Source: Thermoprotei archaeon (GTDB lineage Archaea; Thermoproteota; Thermoprotei_A; EX4484-217-1). From it: a DNA stretch of 58,813 bases. The notes under the pieces are model-generated. The model saw only the letters and a program-made list of their open reading frames with translations. It searched no databases and was not told the origin of the DNA. Shown here in pieces: positions 45,913 through 55,374 of this stretch. A program made the translations under genes and the position numbers. Positions within the stretch are counted from its first letter, which is position 1. Each line of letters opens with the position of its first letter. Where the stretch lies: NCBI GenBank assembly GCA_021158265.1, contig JAGGUY010000015.1:1-58813 (forward strand). Reading direction: 5' to 3'.

Positions 45913-46627
45913 CAGCCCTCACAAACGCTTCTTCAAGATTCGAGGCATTATACTTCTTCTTTAATTCGTCTGGAGTACCTATCGCTATTATGTTTCCTTT
46001 ACTTATGAAAGCTACACGATCGCATAGGTACTCTACTTCAAGCATATTATGTGATGACAGCAGAACTGTGCTTCCAGTTTCTCTAACGAACTTCTTAATA
46101 GAGTTTCTAACATTAACTGACGCGTAAACATCTAAGCCTGAAGTTGGTTCATCAAGAATTGCTAGTTTCGGTTTTACCATTAACGTTCTAGCTAACGCAA
46201 GCCTTCTCCTCATACCCTTACTATATGTTTCCACTTTATCGTAAACTCTGTTTCCAAGACCTGAAATTTCTATTCCAAATTTCACCATTTCCTTTACTTC
46301 ATCGCTTGTTTCACCGTACATTTTAGCGAAGAAGAGTAAATTTTCAACCCCAGTTAGTCTCTTATAGAGATCTGCTTCCTCAGGTAAATAGCTAATAAGT
46401 TCTCTAACCTTATCTGCTTCTCTAACTACATCGTACCCGAAGACCTTCACTATTCCTTTACTTGGTTTAAGTATTGTAGCTATAATTCTTAAGGTGGTTG
46501 TTTTACCGCTACCGTTAGGTCCTATTAGTCCGAAAATTTCTCCCTCATCTATATCAAATGTTATTCCTTTTAGTGCTTCAAAGTCGCCGTAAAATCTATG
46601 TAGGTTCTTAATTTCTACCGCTAACAT
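45887..46627 (-). CDS. ABC transporter ATP-binding protein (partner of the ABC-2 permease)
   Basis: Walker A 'GPNGSGKTT', signature 'YSKGMRRRL', Walker B 'LAILDEPTSGLD'; ATG at 46627 ('MLAVEIKNL') preferred over the track start at 46750. Confidence 0.85.
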   Translation of the reverse strand: MLAVEIKNLHRFYGDFEALKGITFDIDEGEIFGLIGPNGSGKTTTLRIIATILKPSKGIVKVFGYDVVREADKVRELISYLPEEADLYKRLTGVENLLFFAKMYGETSDEVKEMVKFGIEISGLGNRVYDKVETYSKGMRRRLALARTLMVKPKLAILDEPTSGLDVYASVNVRNSIKKFVRETGSTVLLSSHNMLEVEYLCDRVAFISKGNIIAIGTPDELKKKYNASNLEEAFVRAVESELEET

Positions 46628-46839
46628 TTTAGTGTAGGCCTCTTCTAAGAGTCTTAAAATTATAGATGAAGTATATAAGTGAAATCCAGAGTGTAAACGT
46701 ATTTTCGACAATATGCTAAAATATGTTATTTTAGAGCATTTGCATTTCAAACCTTCGATGCAAGCATAAAATATTTAAGTTTCGTGAAAACCTAAATTGA
46801 GTGAATACTGCTAAAAAGTGTTTTAGGGTGTAAAATTAC

Positions 46840-49098
46840 ATGAACTATAAACTTAAAACGGCTCTCTCTAAGAGCGCAGCAATAGCAATAGCTGTAATAC
46901 TAATATTAGTGGCAGTAGCTGGCATATACTTCGCAATGAAACCCGCACCCAGCCCAACAACTTCGCCATCACCATCGCCTACAACAAGTCCTTCACCCTC
47001 ACCGACAGCTTCTCCCTCACCTACGACTTCACCATCTCCTTCGCCTACAACAAGCCCGTCGCCCTCGCCATCACCAACACCTACTGTTACTAAGACATTC
47101 CATAAGAGAGTAATATACATAATAAACAACGATGCTACTGCAAGAATACAGCTTTACAAAGCTGGTGTCGCTGATAGATCTGTAGTGCCTCTCGACAGAT
47201 TAAAAGATGTTGAAGGAACCAAGCTAGGAAACTACGAGATTGTTGTTGAAAGAAATCCAAACTTCGTTACATTACAGATAATTTATGGTGTATTTAACAC
47301 AGCTAAAGCGCCACTAAACAACACATTAGTTAGACAGGCCTTAGTATGGGCAACACCATACCAGACAATATATGATAAGATATATTCAGGATTCCTAGTA
47401 CCCCTAAGAGGCATCATACCCAAAGGACTAATAGGTTGGACAGACTACAACGTCATCGATTATGACTATGACATGGACAAGGCTAGAGAGTTAATAGAGA
47501 AGTCAGGCATTGATCCATCAAAGTACACGATAACTATATACTATAATGTAGGTAATGATCAAAGAGCACAGATATCAGCACTACTAGCAAACACCTGGGG
47601 TAGATTAGGATTTAACATAGTTATACAGCCGCTTAACTGGCCTGTACTACTAGGCAAGGTAGCTCATGGAGAGTTTGACTACTACACTATTGGTTGGGTG
47701 CCGGACTATCTTGATCCGGACAACTATGCTGGACCACTATTCTACGGTGGAACAAGGTTCAAAGAGGTAAAGATATTAACTGTTGAATCCTCAGATGAAA
47801 TATCGAACCTCCTTAAGAACGCTAAAGTCTTCGACACTAAGGAAGCATACGTTGTTGTTGGCGAAAAAGGTACTGGAGCACAAGTACCTGAGCTAACAGG
47901 TAAGAAGATAATTGTTGTTCAGTATGAGCCTGACTGGGAGGAGACATTCACCATTAAGGAAGCTATGGAGAAGGGGTGGGGCTTCTCCTTCATCAACCCG
48001 TACTTCTACAGGAACGTAACAGCTGACGCTCTAATAATCGCTGGTAGAGAAACTGCTGATGTAACACTTAGAAAGCCAATATATGAGGCAGTCTTCCAAA
48101 TATCAAACTATGAAGTACCAGGATTATGGCTAGGCCAAGTACTGTTCGTAAGAACATACTGGAACTGGGTTGGAGGAATATACTACCATCCAACATTAGC
48201 CAACAGATACGATCTAGTATGGGAGAACTCAGATGCACCAGTAGCAGACATAGGTATTAAGGATTACAAGAACGACCCATCAACATACGTTATAGCAACA
48301 ATAGGATGGCCTGACACGTTCGATCCAGCAAAGAGCTATGAGACCTTCGGATGGGAAATATTCCTACAGGTAGGTGACACATTAGTAACGTACTGGAAAG
48401 AGGAAACAGAGGAGGTAACACCAGATCTAGCAGTAGCATGGGCACATGATGAATCAGGAACAGAATGGTACTTCGTAATAAGAGGAGGAGTTAAAGCCTA
48501 CGACCCATGGAACGATAAGACTTATCCAATAGATGCTACTGACGTACTATTCGAATTCTGGAGACTCGCTAGATCACAGTTAGACCCAACATGGATGATA
48601 TCAGAGTTCATAGATGTTAATTCATCCAAGGTACTAACTGAGGAAGAATTCAACAGCCTACTTTCCGAGAAACCACTAAAGGTTGAATGGAGAGGCAAGA
48701 CAGCTGAAGTTCACACACTAGACGAACTACTAAGCTTCTTCGGATACGAAGGACCAACAGCTGGAGTAGTAATGTTCAAACTATACAAACCATACGCACC
48801 ATTCCTAAGCATACTTGCCGACCCATTCACAATGGTGATACCAGCAGAATACATGCTCGGAGATAAGTACGAGGAGGTTATGGAAGCTGGGGAATGGGGT
48901 AAGAACCCATCAGCTTGGGCTAAGTACGTACAGCCAGGTGAAGATGATGCAATACACCAGTTGCTTAAAGATAAGCTAGTAGGTACAGGACCATACTACG
49001 TTAAAGAATACGAAGTGGACAGCTACATAGTACTAGAATACAACCCATACTACTGGAATGCTTCAATCTGGGAACTCTACTACGGTTTTAAACCTTAA
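46840..49098 (+). CDS. family-5 (Opp/Dpp-type) ABC substrate-binding protein with an N-terminal membrane anchor, a Ser/Thr/Pro linker and permuted domain order
   Basis: 752-aa ORF; anchor 'AAIAIAVILILVAVAGIYF'; SBP_bac_5-like blocks are present but in the order C-terminal part, then N-terminal part (see findings). Confidence 0.8.
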   Translation: MNYKLKTALSKSAAIAIAVILILVAVAGIYFAMKPAPSPTTSPSPSPTTSPSPSPTASPSPTTSPSPSPTTSPSPSPSPTPTVTKTFHKRVIYIINNDATARIQLYKAGVADRSVVPLDRLKDVEGTKLGNYEIVVERNPNFVTLQIIYGVFNTAKAPLNNTLVRQALVWATPYQTIYDKIYSGFLVPLRGIIPKGLIGWTDYNVIDYDYDMDKARELIEKSGIDPSKYTITIYYNVGNDQRAQISALLANTWGRLGFNIVIQPLNWPVLLGKVAHGEFDYYTIGWVPDYLDPDNYAGPLFYGGTRFKEVKILTVESSDEISNLLKNAKVFDTKEAYVVVGEKGTGAQVPELTGKKIIVVQYEPDWEETFTIKEAMEKGWGFSFINPYFYRNVTADALIIAGRETADVTLRKPIYEAVFQISNYEVPGLWLGQVLFVRTYWNWVGGIYYHPTLANRYDLVWENSDAPVADIGIKDYKNDPSTYVIATIGWPDTFDPAKSYETFGWEIFLQVGDTLVTYWKEETEEVTPDLAVAWAHDESGTEWYFVIRGGVKAYDPWNDKTYPIDATDVLFEFWRLARSQLDPTWMISEFIDVNSSKVLTEEEFNSLLSEKPLKVEWRGKTAEVHTLDELLSFFGYEGPTAGVVMFKLYKPYAPFLSILADPFTMVIPAEYMLGDKYEEVMEAGEWGKNPSAWAKYVQPGEDDAIHQLLKDKLVGTGPYYVKEYEVDSYIVLEYNPYYWNASIWELYYGFKP
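46942..47085 (+). repeat. low-complexity (T)SPSPSPT(T) repeat encoding the surface linker of the SBP
   Basis: Residues 35-82 read PAPSPTTSPSPSPTTSPSPSPTASPSPTTSPSPSPTTSPSPSPSPTPT. Confidence 0.9.
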
Positions 49099-49235
49099 AA
49101 TAAACAACAATATTTTTTATATAATATTCTTTAAGAACTTGAAAATAGTTTATGTACCAATAAAGTTTATTAGATACTTTTTTATGTCTGTAAATTTGAT
49201 ACTCCTCATTAACAACTTTGCTGACGGTCTTTACA

Positions 49236-50279
49236 ATGGCGGGATTGAAGGAGTACTTAATAAGGCGATTAATAACATTCATACCTACAATAATCGGTGT
49301 AACAATAATAGTTTTCCTAATAGCGAATGTGATTCCAGCAGATCCAGCTAGAGCGTGGGCTGGCGGTGAAAGAGCTAGACCTGAGGTTATTGAGAGAATT
49401 AGGAAAATGTACCACCTAGATGATCCATGGTACATACAGTACATTTTCGTTATGAAGGGTATCTTAAACTACTTCATAAACCCCAATCACGAAGGAGCAC
49501 TTATAGATCCCTTAACAAGTAGGTATGTCTTTGACGATATATTCTTAAGATTTCCAACGACACTGCAATTGGCCATTTTCGCTGAAATATTCATACTTTC
49601 AATAGGCATACCTTTAGGTTTAATTTCAGCCTTAAAGAAAGATACTTTACTTGATACTTTCGTTAGAATATTTGCATTAATAGGAGTCTCTCTTCCAATA
49701 TTCTGGATTGGATACATTTTCATCTGGATATTCTTCACAAATCTAGGATGGACAACACTAGCTGGCGTACCTGTACCTAAGTGTTATGAAACCGGAACAT
49801 GCCCTATAACAACACATGTTCCCCTCTTCGATGCTATTTTTGCTGGAGAATTCGATACACTAATGCAGATAATTAAGAGATTCTGGCTACCGGGCTTCAC
49901 CTTAGGCTTAGGCTATGCAGGTGTTCTCGCAAGAATAGTTAGAAACTCGTTCCTTGACGCATTAAACTCTGATTTCATAGAGTTTGCTAAGGCAAAAGGG
50001 CTACCTAAGAGGTGGATCTGGAAGCATGCGCTTAAAAACGCCATGGTGCCTATAATTACGGTTATAGGTTTACAATTCGGAGGCCTCTTGGGAGGTGCTT
50101 ACATAACTGAGACGGTGTTCGGCCTACCAGGTGTTGGACGTTATGCTGTACAAGCAATAAGTAATTTAGACATGCCAGCTGTAATAGGGACAACACTTCT
50201 CTTCTCATTCCTATATGTTACGGTAAACCTCATAGTTGACATAACATACTCAATAATTGATCCTAGGGTAAGATATTAA
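49236..50279 (+). CDS. peptide ABC transporter permease (OppB/DppB-like)
   Basis: N-terminus 'MAGLKEYLIRRLITFIPTIIGVTIIVF' is typical of DppB; ATG at 49236 preferred over the TTG at 49218. Confidence 0.85.
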   Translation: MAGLKEYLIRRLITFIPTIIGVTIIVFLIANVIPADPARAWAGGERARPEVIERIRKMYHLDDPWYIQYIFVMKGILNYFINPNHEGALIDPLTSRYVFDDIFLRFPTTLQLAIFAEIFILSIGIPLGLISALKKDTLLDTFVRIFALIGVSLPIFWIGYIFIWIFFTNLGWTTLAGVPVPKCYETGTCPITTHVPLFDAIFAGEFDTLMQIIKRFWLPGFTLGLGYAGVLARIVRNSFLDALNSDFIEFAKAKGLPKRWIWKHALKNAMVPIITVIGLQFGGLLGGAYITETVFGLPGVGRYAVQAISNLDMPAVIGTTLLFSFLYVTVNLIVDITYSIIDPRVRY

Positions 50280-50294
50280 TGAGGTATTTTTGCA

Positions 50295-51461
50295 ATGGGG
50301 TCTTCAATAGCGTCTAAGGAAACCTATGAGAAAAAGATTCTTGATAGATTTAGCGATAAACTTGTTGACAGTATAACTAATTTAATAGACAAAGTTAAGC
50401 CTGGATGGTCTGAAAGGAATAAATCGAAAATAGATGAATGGAAGCTTATGTTCTATGCTTTTAATAGGTCGCCTCCAGGCATAATAGGTGCAATTCTTAT
50501 AATATCATTTATCCTAATAGGCTTGTTTGGACCATATGTAGCTCCTTATAGTTATCGTGAATTTTTATATATAGAGTATCCTGATACCTATCTTGTTCCT
50601 CCGGGAAGCACCGTTACAATAACTAATAAGCGAGGCGATATAGTTAAGGTCTTTAATTTCCCCTTAGGAACAGACAAATATGGTCGAGACCTTTTAAGCC
50701 TAATACTGTATGGTGCAAGAGTTTCATTAATAGTTTCATTAATAGTTATACTTTTAGGTGTCCCTGTAGGTATTCTTTTAGGTTTAGTTGCAGGATATTT
50801 TGGAGGTAAAGTTGATGAAGTAATAATGCGTATAACAGACATTTTTCTAGCATTTCCCGCATTAATATTGGCAATAGCTTTCGCCTCAGTCTTACCTGAA
50901 AGAATACGTCCTATAATTATTCAAAGCGGAATTCTTAAGCAAGTATTTTCAGTATTTTTTGCAGCCGATGTAAGAGACGCAGCCAATTTTGCACCAATAC
51001 TTTCGGTAATATTAGCGATAATATTGGTGTGGTGGCCGCCCTACACGAGAATAATACGTGGTAGTGTACTTAGCGCTAAAGAGAACCTTTATGTTGAAGC
51101 AGCTAAAGCTTTAGGTGTAAGCACATGGAAGATACTTTTCAAGCATATTTTGCCCAATATTATATCTCCGGTGCTTGTTCTTATTACACTAGATATTGGG
51201 TCAGTTATTTTAATGGAAGCATCTCTAAGTTTCTTAGGTTTAGGTGCGCAAGACCCTATGGTTGATTGGGGCAAGATAGTCTATGATGGAGCACAGTATT
51301 TCCCAGATAGGTGGTGGCTTGTAATATTTCCAGGGCTAGCTACATTCTTAGCCGTTTTAGGATGGAACTTGATAGGTGATACTTTGAGGGATGTTCTTGA
51401 TCCTAGAACTAGAAGAAGCATAGAGTTTAAGGTTAAAAGAGGAAAAGCCGAAGAGAAGTGA
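50295..51461 (+). CDS. peptide ABC transporter permease (OppC/DppC-like) with an extended N-terminus
   Basis: 388-aa ORF; 'PLGTDKYGRDLLSLILYGARVSL'; EAA-like loop 'YVEAAKALGVSTWKILFKHILPN'. Confidence 0.85.
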   Translation: MGSSIASKETYEKKILDRFSDKLVDSITNLIDKVKPGWSERNKSKIDEWKLMFYAFNRSPPGIIGAILIISFILIGLFGPYVAPYSYREFLYIEYPDTYLVPPGSTVTITNKRGDIVKVFNFPLGTDKYGRDLLSLILYGARVSLIVSLIVILLGVPVGILLGLVAGYFGGKVDEVIMRITDIFLAFPALILAIAFASVLPERIRPIIIQSGILKQVFSVFFAADVRDAANFAPILSVILAIILVWWPPYTRIIRGSVLSAKENLYVEAAKALGVSTWKILFKHILPNIISPVLVLITLDIGSVILMEASLSFLGLGAQDPMVDWGKIVYDGAQYFPDRWWLVIFPGLATFLAVLGWNLIGDTLRDVLDPRTRRSIEFKVKRGKAEEK

Positions 51462-52465
51462 TAAAGGGCATGAAAACACTAGGTCTTAAAAGAAAAATAC
51501 TTGAGGTAAAAGATTTACATGTTCATTTCTACACTTACGCTGGTGTTGTTAAGGCTATTTCGGGAGTTTCATTTGAAATATATGAAGGAGAAACGTTTTG
51601 TCTCGTAGGAGAAACTGGATGCGGAAAAAGTGTTACTTCGAGAGCAATAACTAAGCTTATTGAATCACCAGGGAAAATAGTTAAAGGACAAGTACTATTC
51701 TATAGGGACGGCTCCCCAATAGATTTGCTTAAGCTAAGTGACGAAGAACTCAGAAGAATAAGGGGTAGAGAAATAGCGTATATTTTCCAAGATCCAACAG
51801 CAGCTTTAGATCCGCTCTACTCTGTAGGTTATCAAATAGCTGAAACCATGGTGGCGCACAATACAGCAACATGGAAGGAAGCTTTTAGAAGAGCAGTAGA
51901 CATCCTTAAATCCGTGCTTATACCTGATCCTGAGAAGCGTGTTAAAAACTATCCTCATGAGCTCTCCGGGGGTATGAAGCAAAGAGTGGTAATAGGAATA
52001 TCATTGTCAAATAAGCCTAAGCTTCTCATAGCAGATGAGCCGACAACAGCTGTTGATGTGACCATTCAGGCTCAGATTCTAGATCTTCTAAGAAAGCTTA
52101 GGCAAGAGGAGAAAATGACGCTACTTCTGATAACACATAACATGGGTGTTGTTGCTGAAATGTGCGATAGAGTAGCGGTTATGTACGCTGGAAAGATAGT
52201 TGAAATAGGAACGGTGCATCAAATATTCAAGAATCCGCAGCATCCATATACAAAGGGTCTTTTAAAAGCGGTACCTAACCCGCTAATTAAGATTGAGAAG
52301 CTAGAATCTATACCTGGGACAGTACCTAACCTAATATTCCCACCTTCTGGATGCAGGTTTCATCCAAGATGTCCGCGTAAACTGGACATTTGCGATAAGA
52401 AAGAACCACCACTAATAGAAGTAGAGGAGGGACATAAAGTAGCTTGTTGGCTATATGTGAAGTAG
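51458..52465 (+). CDS. peptide ABC transporter ATPase (OppD/DppD-like)
   Basis: 335-aa ORF; Walker A 'GETGCGKS', 'LSGGMKQRV', 'LIADEPTTAVD', C-terminal oligopeptide-type Cys motif 'GCRFHPRCP'. Confidence 0.9.
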   Translation: MIKGMKTLGLKRKILEVKDLHVHFYTYAGVVKAISGVSFEIYEGETFCLVGETGCGKSVTSRAITKLIESPGKIVKGQVLFYRDGSPIDLLKLSDEELRRIRGREIAYIFQDPTAALDPLYSVGYQIAETMVAHNTATWKEAFRRAVDILKSVLIPDPEKRVKNYPHELSGGMKQRVVIGISLSNKPKLLIADEPTTAVDVTIQAQILDLLRKLRQEEKMTLLLITHNMGVVAEMCDRVAVMYAGKIVEIGTVHQIFKNPQHPYTKGLLKAVPNPLIKIEKLESIPGTVPNLIFPPSGCRFHPRCPRKLDICDKKEPPLIEVEEGHKVACWLYVK

Positions 52466-52486
52466 TTGTTATAGGGTGTTAATGTA

Positions 52487-53458
52487 ATGCCCGAACCTCT
52501 CGTTAGAGTAGAAAATCTCAAAAAATACTTTCCAATAAAGGGGATATTCTTTACAAGAGCACATGTTAAAGCAGTTGATGGGGTATCTTTCGAAATCTAT
52601 AGAGGAGAAACATTGGGGCTCGTAGGAGAGTCTGGCTGTGGAAAATCCACTACTGGAAGACTTCTTATAAGGCTTCTGGAACCAACAGCTGGACATGTTT
52701 ATTTCGAAGGGAAAAATATCTTTAAGCTTAAAGGTGAGGAGTTAAAGAGGTTTAGGAGAAAAGCGCAGATAATACTTCAAGATCCTTATTCTTCACTTAA
52801 TCCTAGAATGACTATTTTCGAAATAATAAATGAAGCACTTGAAGTTCACAACATCAAGGTTCCTGATAAGGAGGAGTTCATTGTCGACTGGCTTAGAAGA
52901 GTAGGTCTCGAAAGACATCATCTTTATAGGTATCCTCACGAATTTAGTGGTGGACAAAGACAAAGAATAGCTATTGTAAGATCACTGATAATAAAGCCTG
53001 AATTTGTTGTTCTTGACGAGCCAACATCGGCTCTCGACGTTTCAGTTCAAGCACAAATACTTGATATGTTAAAGGAATTCCAAAGAGAATTAAACTTAAC
53101 ATATCTATTCATATCTCATGACTTAGGCGTTGTTAAGTATATGAGCGATAGAATAGCGGTTATGTATTTAGGGAAAATAGTTGAACTCGCACCTGCTGAT
53201 GAATTATTCGAAAAACCACTTCACCCATATACACAAATGCTTCTCTCCTCAATACCGATACCTGACCCTGAATATGCCCTAAAGAAGCCTAAGGTAAAGG
53301 TTATTGGAGAACCACCTAGCCCTATAAATCCGCCCCCTGGATGCAGGTTTCATCCAAGATGTCCGCGTAAACTGGACATTTGCGATAAGAAAGAACCACC
53401 ACTAATAGAAGTAGAACGAGATCATTATGTTGCATGTTGGCTTTACGCTAAAAAGTGA
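52487..53458 (+). CDS. peptide ABC transporter ATPase (OppF/DppF-like)
   Basis: 323-aa ORF; Walker A 'GESGCGKST', 'FSGGQRQRI', 'VVLDEPTSALD', C-terminal 'GCRFHPRCP'. Confidence 0.9.
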   Translation: MPEPLVRVENLKKYFPIKGIFFTRAHVKAVDGVSFEIYRGETLGLVGESGCGKSTTGRLLIRLLEPTAGHVYFEGKNIFKLKGEELKRFRRKAQIILQDPYSSLNPRMTIFEIINEALEVHNIKVPDKEEFIVDWLRRVGLERHHLYRYPHEFSGGQRQRIAIVRSLIIKPEFVVLDEPTSALDVSVQAQILDMLKEFQRELNLTYLFISHDLGVVKYMSDRIAVMYLGKIVELAPADELFEKPLHPYTQMLLSSIPIPDPEYALKKPKVKVIGEPPSPINPPPGCRFHPRCPRKLDICDKKEPPLIEVERDHYVACWLYAKK

Positions 53459-54146
53459 TCGACCCAGTTTTCTCCTTAATTTTTCTAACCATCTTTTTAA
53501 GTAATTCTATATCATTGTTTATGAGTGAAGTGTATGGTGTACTCAAGTGTTTCCCAGAAAATGTTGCATCAAAAACCTCTACTCTAGCACCTAGGACTTC
53601 AACATATAAAGGTAGATAAATTATTTGTCCACTCCCTTCAAGAACCTTTATTCTATCCAAACGTGTTTTTGATGAAATCCCAAATCCTTCTTTCAATAAT
53701 CCTTTTAGCATGAAAATTCCATTTTTATCAAAAACTTTTCTTCTTAGCATCTTTATTATTGATTTAGCTGATGCGTCCGGAAATCTCATGTACTTATTCC
53801 ACATAGTAATTTTCTTAGCGTATTCCGAAATTTCTCCACTGATCTTCTTAGAAACTATTTCGAGCTCGTAGGCGTACGCTATGAGCTCATTAAGTAATTT
53901 TTCCGGCGAAGAATGTGCGGGATCGATTATGATCCCTTCAATAAGGGGTTTTTGTTCTTCAACTATTTCTTTCTCATTTGTTTTTCTTGATAGAAGTATT
54001 TTCATGTGTTTTTGGAAAGATAATTCAGATAAGCCTACATCAACAAGTAAGTCATATTTTCTAAAACCTAGTTTATACCTTAATCTAAGGAGTGGTTCCC
54101 ATATTAATGGCATTTCAAGCTTTATTTTTGGTTCAAGTATAAGCAT
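53448..54146 (-). CDS. hypothetical protein
   Basis: 232-aa ORF; no motif recognised; 11-nt 3' overlap with oppF. Confidence 0.4.
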   Translation of the reverse strand: MLILEPKIKLEMPLIWEPLLRLRYKLGFRKYDLLVDVGLSELSFQKHMKILLSRKTNEKEIVEEQKPLIEGIIIDPAHSSPEKLLNELIAYAYELEIVSKKISGEISEYAKKITMWNKYMRFPDASAKSIIKMLRRKVFDKNGIFMLKGLLKEGFGISSKTRLDRIKVLEGSGQIIYLPLYVEVLGARVEVFDATFSGKHLSTPYTSLINNDIELLKKMVRKIKEKTGSITF

Positions 54147-54303
54147 AGTAGCTTATCACTAACCGAGCTTAAACTCTGAAGAGTACAAATGTTTTTCGCC
54201 AATTGCTGTAAACAAATTATTTGCGGAAACTATTTAAAACTTCAAGGTATCTACATTAAACTCAGTTTTCGAAACATAGCAGGAGGATTGTGGTGAATTA
54301 TTT

Positions 54304-55368
54304 GTGAAACCCGTAAACGATGTGGGCATAGCTGGGTGGGGTGTTTATATTCCGAAATATAGGATTAAGTGTTCTGAAATAGAGGCTATGTGGGGTTTTC
54401 AGCCCGGATATTGTAGGAGCTTAAATGTTTATGAGAAAGCTGTTGCTGGAGTAGACGAAGACACAATAACTATAGGTTACGAAGCAGCTAAAAACGCTAT
54501 TTTACGTGCAAAAATTAGCCCATCAGAAGTGGGAGCGATATATGTTGGAACGGAGTCTAAGCCCTACGCTGTTAAACCCTCAATTACTGTGATAGGTGAG
54601 GCACTAGGAATTACACCTAAAACTTTAGGAGCGGATCTAGAGTTCGCATGTAGGGCAGCGGGTGAAGCTATTGAGGCATCAATAGGGCTCATAGCTTCGG
54701 GAATGATAAAGTACTCATTAGTTATAGGTGCAGATACAGCTCAAGCATCGCCAGGCGATGTTTTAGAATTTACCGCATCAAGTGGGGGAGCCGCATATGT
54801 TCTAGCTAAGAGAGGAGATAATACTGTAGCATATTTTGAGGGTTCATTTAGTTACATAACAGATACGCCTGATTTCTGGAGGAGACCTAGGAGCCCATAT
54901 CCATATCATGGGGAACAGTTCACTGGAGATCCAGCATACTTCCACCACATAATTTCAGCGGTAAAGGGACTTATGGAATCCTTAGGTCTTAGATCCTCAG
55001 ATTTTGACTATGCAGTTTTCCATCAACCAAACGGTAGATTTCCATTAAAGGTTGCTTCGAAACTAGGCTTTCCTAAAGATAAGGTTCTTCCAGGTCTAAT
55101 AACTCCATACATAGGTAATACCTATAATGGATCGGCATTGATAGGTTTAGCAGCAGTACTTGAACAAGCAAAACCAGATCAGAGGATACTGTTAGCATCC
55201 TTTGGTAGCGGCTCAGGTAGTGATGCATATAGTATAATTGTAGAGGATGGTATTGAAGAACGTGTTAACTTAGCGCCTAAAGTTAAGGATTTTCTTGAGA
55301 ATAAGGAGTACATAAGCTACCCCCTTTATGCTAAATTCCGCGGATTAATAGAGAAATTTGAGATGTGA
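54304..55368 (+). CDS. archaeal HMG-CoA synthase
   Basis: 354-aa ORF with a GTG start; 'VGIAGWGVYIPKYRI', thiolase-fold condensing enzyme with 'EFACRAAGEA' and 'FHQPNGRFP'. Confidence 0.85.
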   Translation: MKPVNDVGIAGWGVYIPKYRIKCSEIEAMWGFQPGYCRSLNVYEKAVAGVDEDTITIGYEAAKNAILRAKISPSEVGAIYVGTESKPYAVKPSITVIGEALGITPKTLGADLEFACRAAGEAIEASIGLIASGMIKYSLVIGADTAQASPGDVLEFTASSGGAAYVLAKRGDNTVAYFEGSFSYITDTPDFWRRPRSPYPYHGEQFTGDPAYFHHIISAVKGLMESLGLRSSDFDYAVFHQPNGRFPLKVASKLGFPKDKVLPGLITPYIGNTYNGSALIGLAAVLEQAKPDQRILLASFGSGSGSDAYSIIVEDGIEERVNLAPKVKDFLENKEYISYPLYAKFRGLIEKFEM

Positions 55369-55374
55369 TAAGAC

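Noticed and set aside
46845-47129. 94-aa minus-strand ORF rich in G/E/V/D
   Set aside because: It is the antisense reading of the SPSPT-repeat linker of the substrate-binding protein, so it is an artefact of the repeat.
49058-49444. Two overlapping ORFs (97 aa +, 118 aa -) in the SBP-permease spacer
   Set aside because: The AT-rich intergenic sequence carries T-runs and a TATA-like 'TTTTTTATATAA'. The translations are Asn/Ile/Tyr-rich nonsense and overlap the true permease start at 49236.
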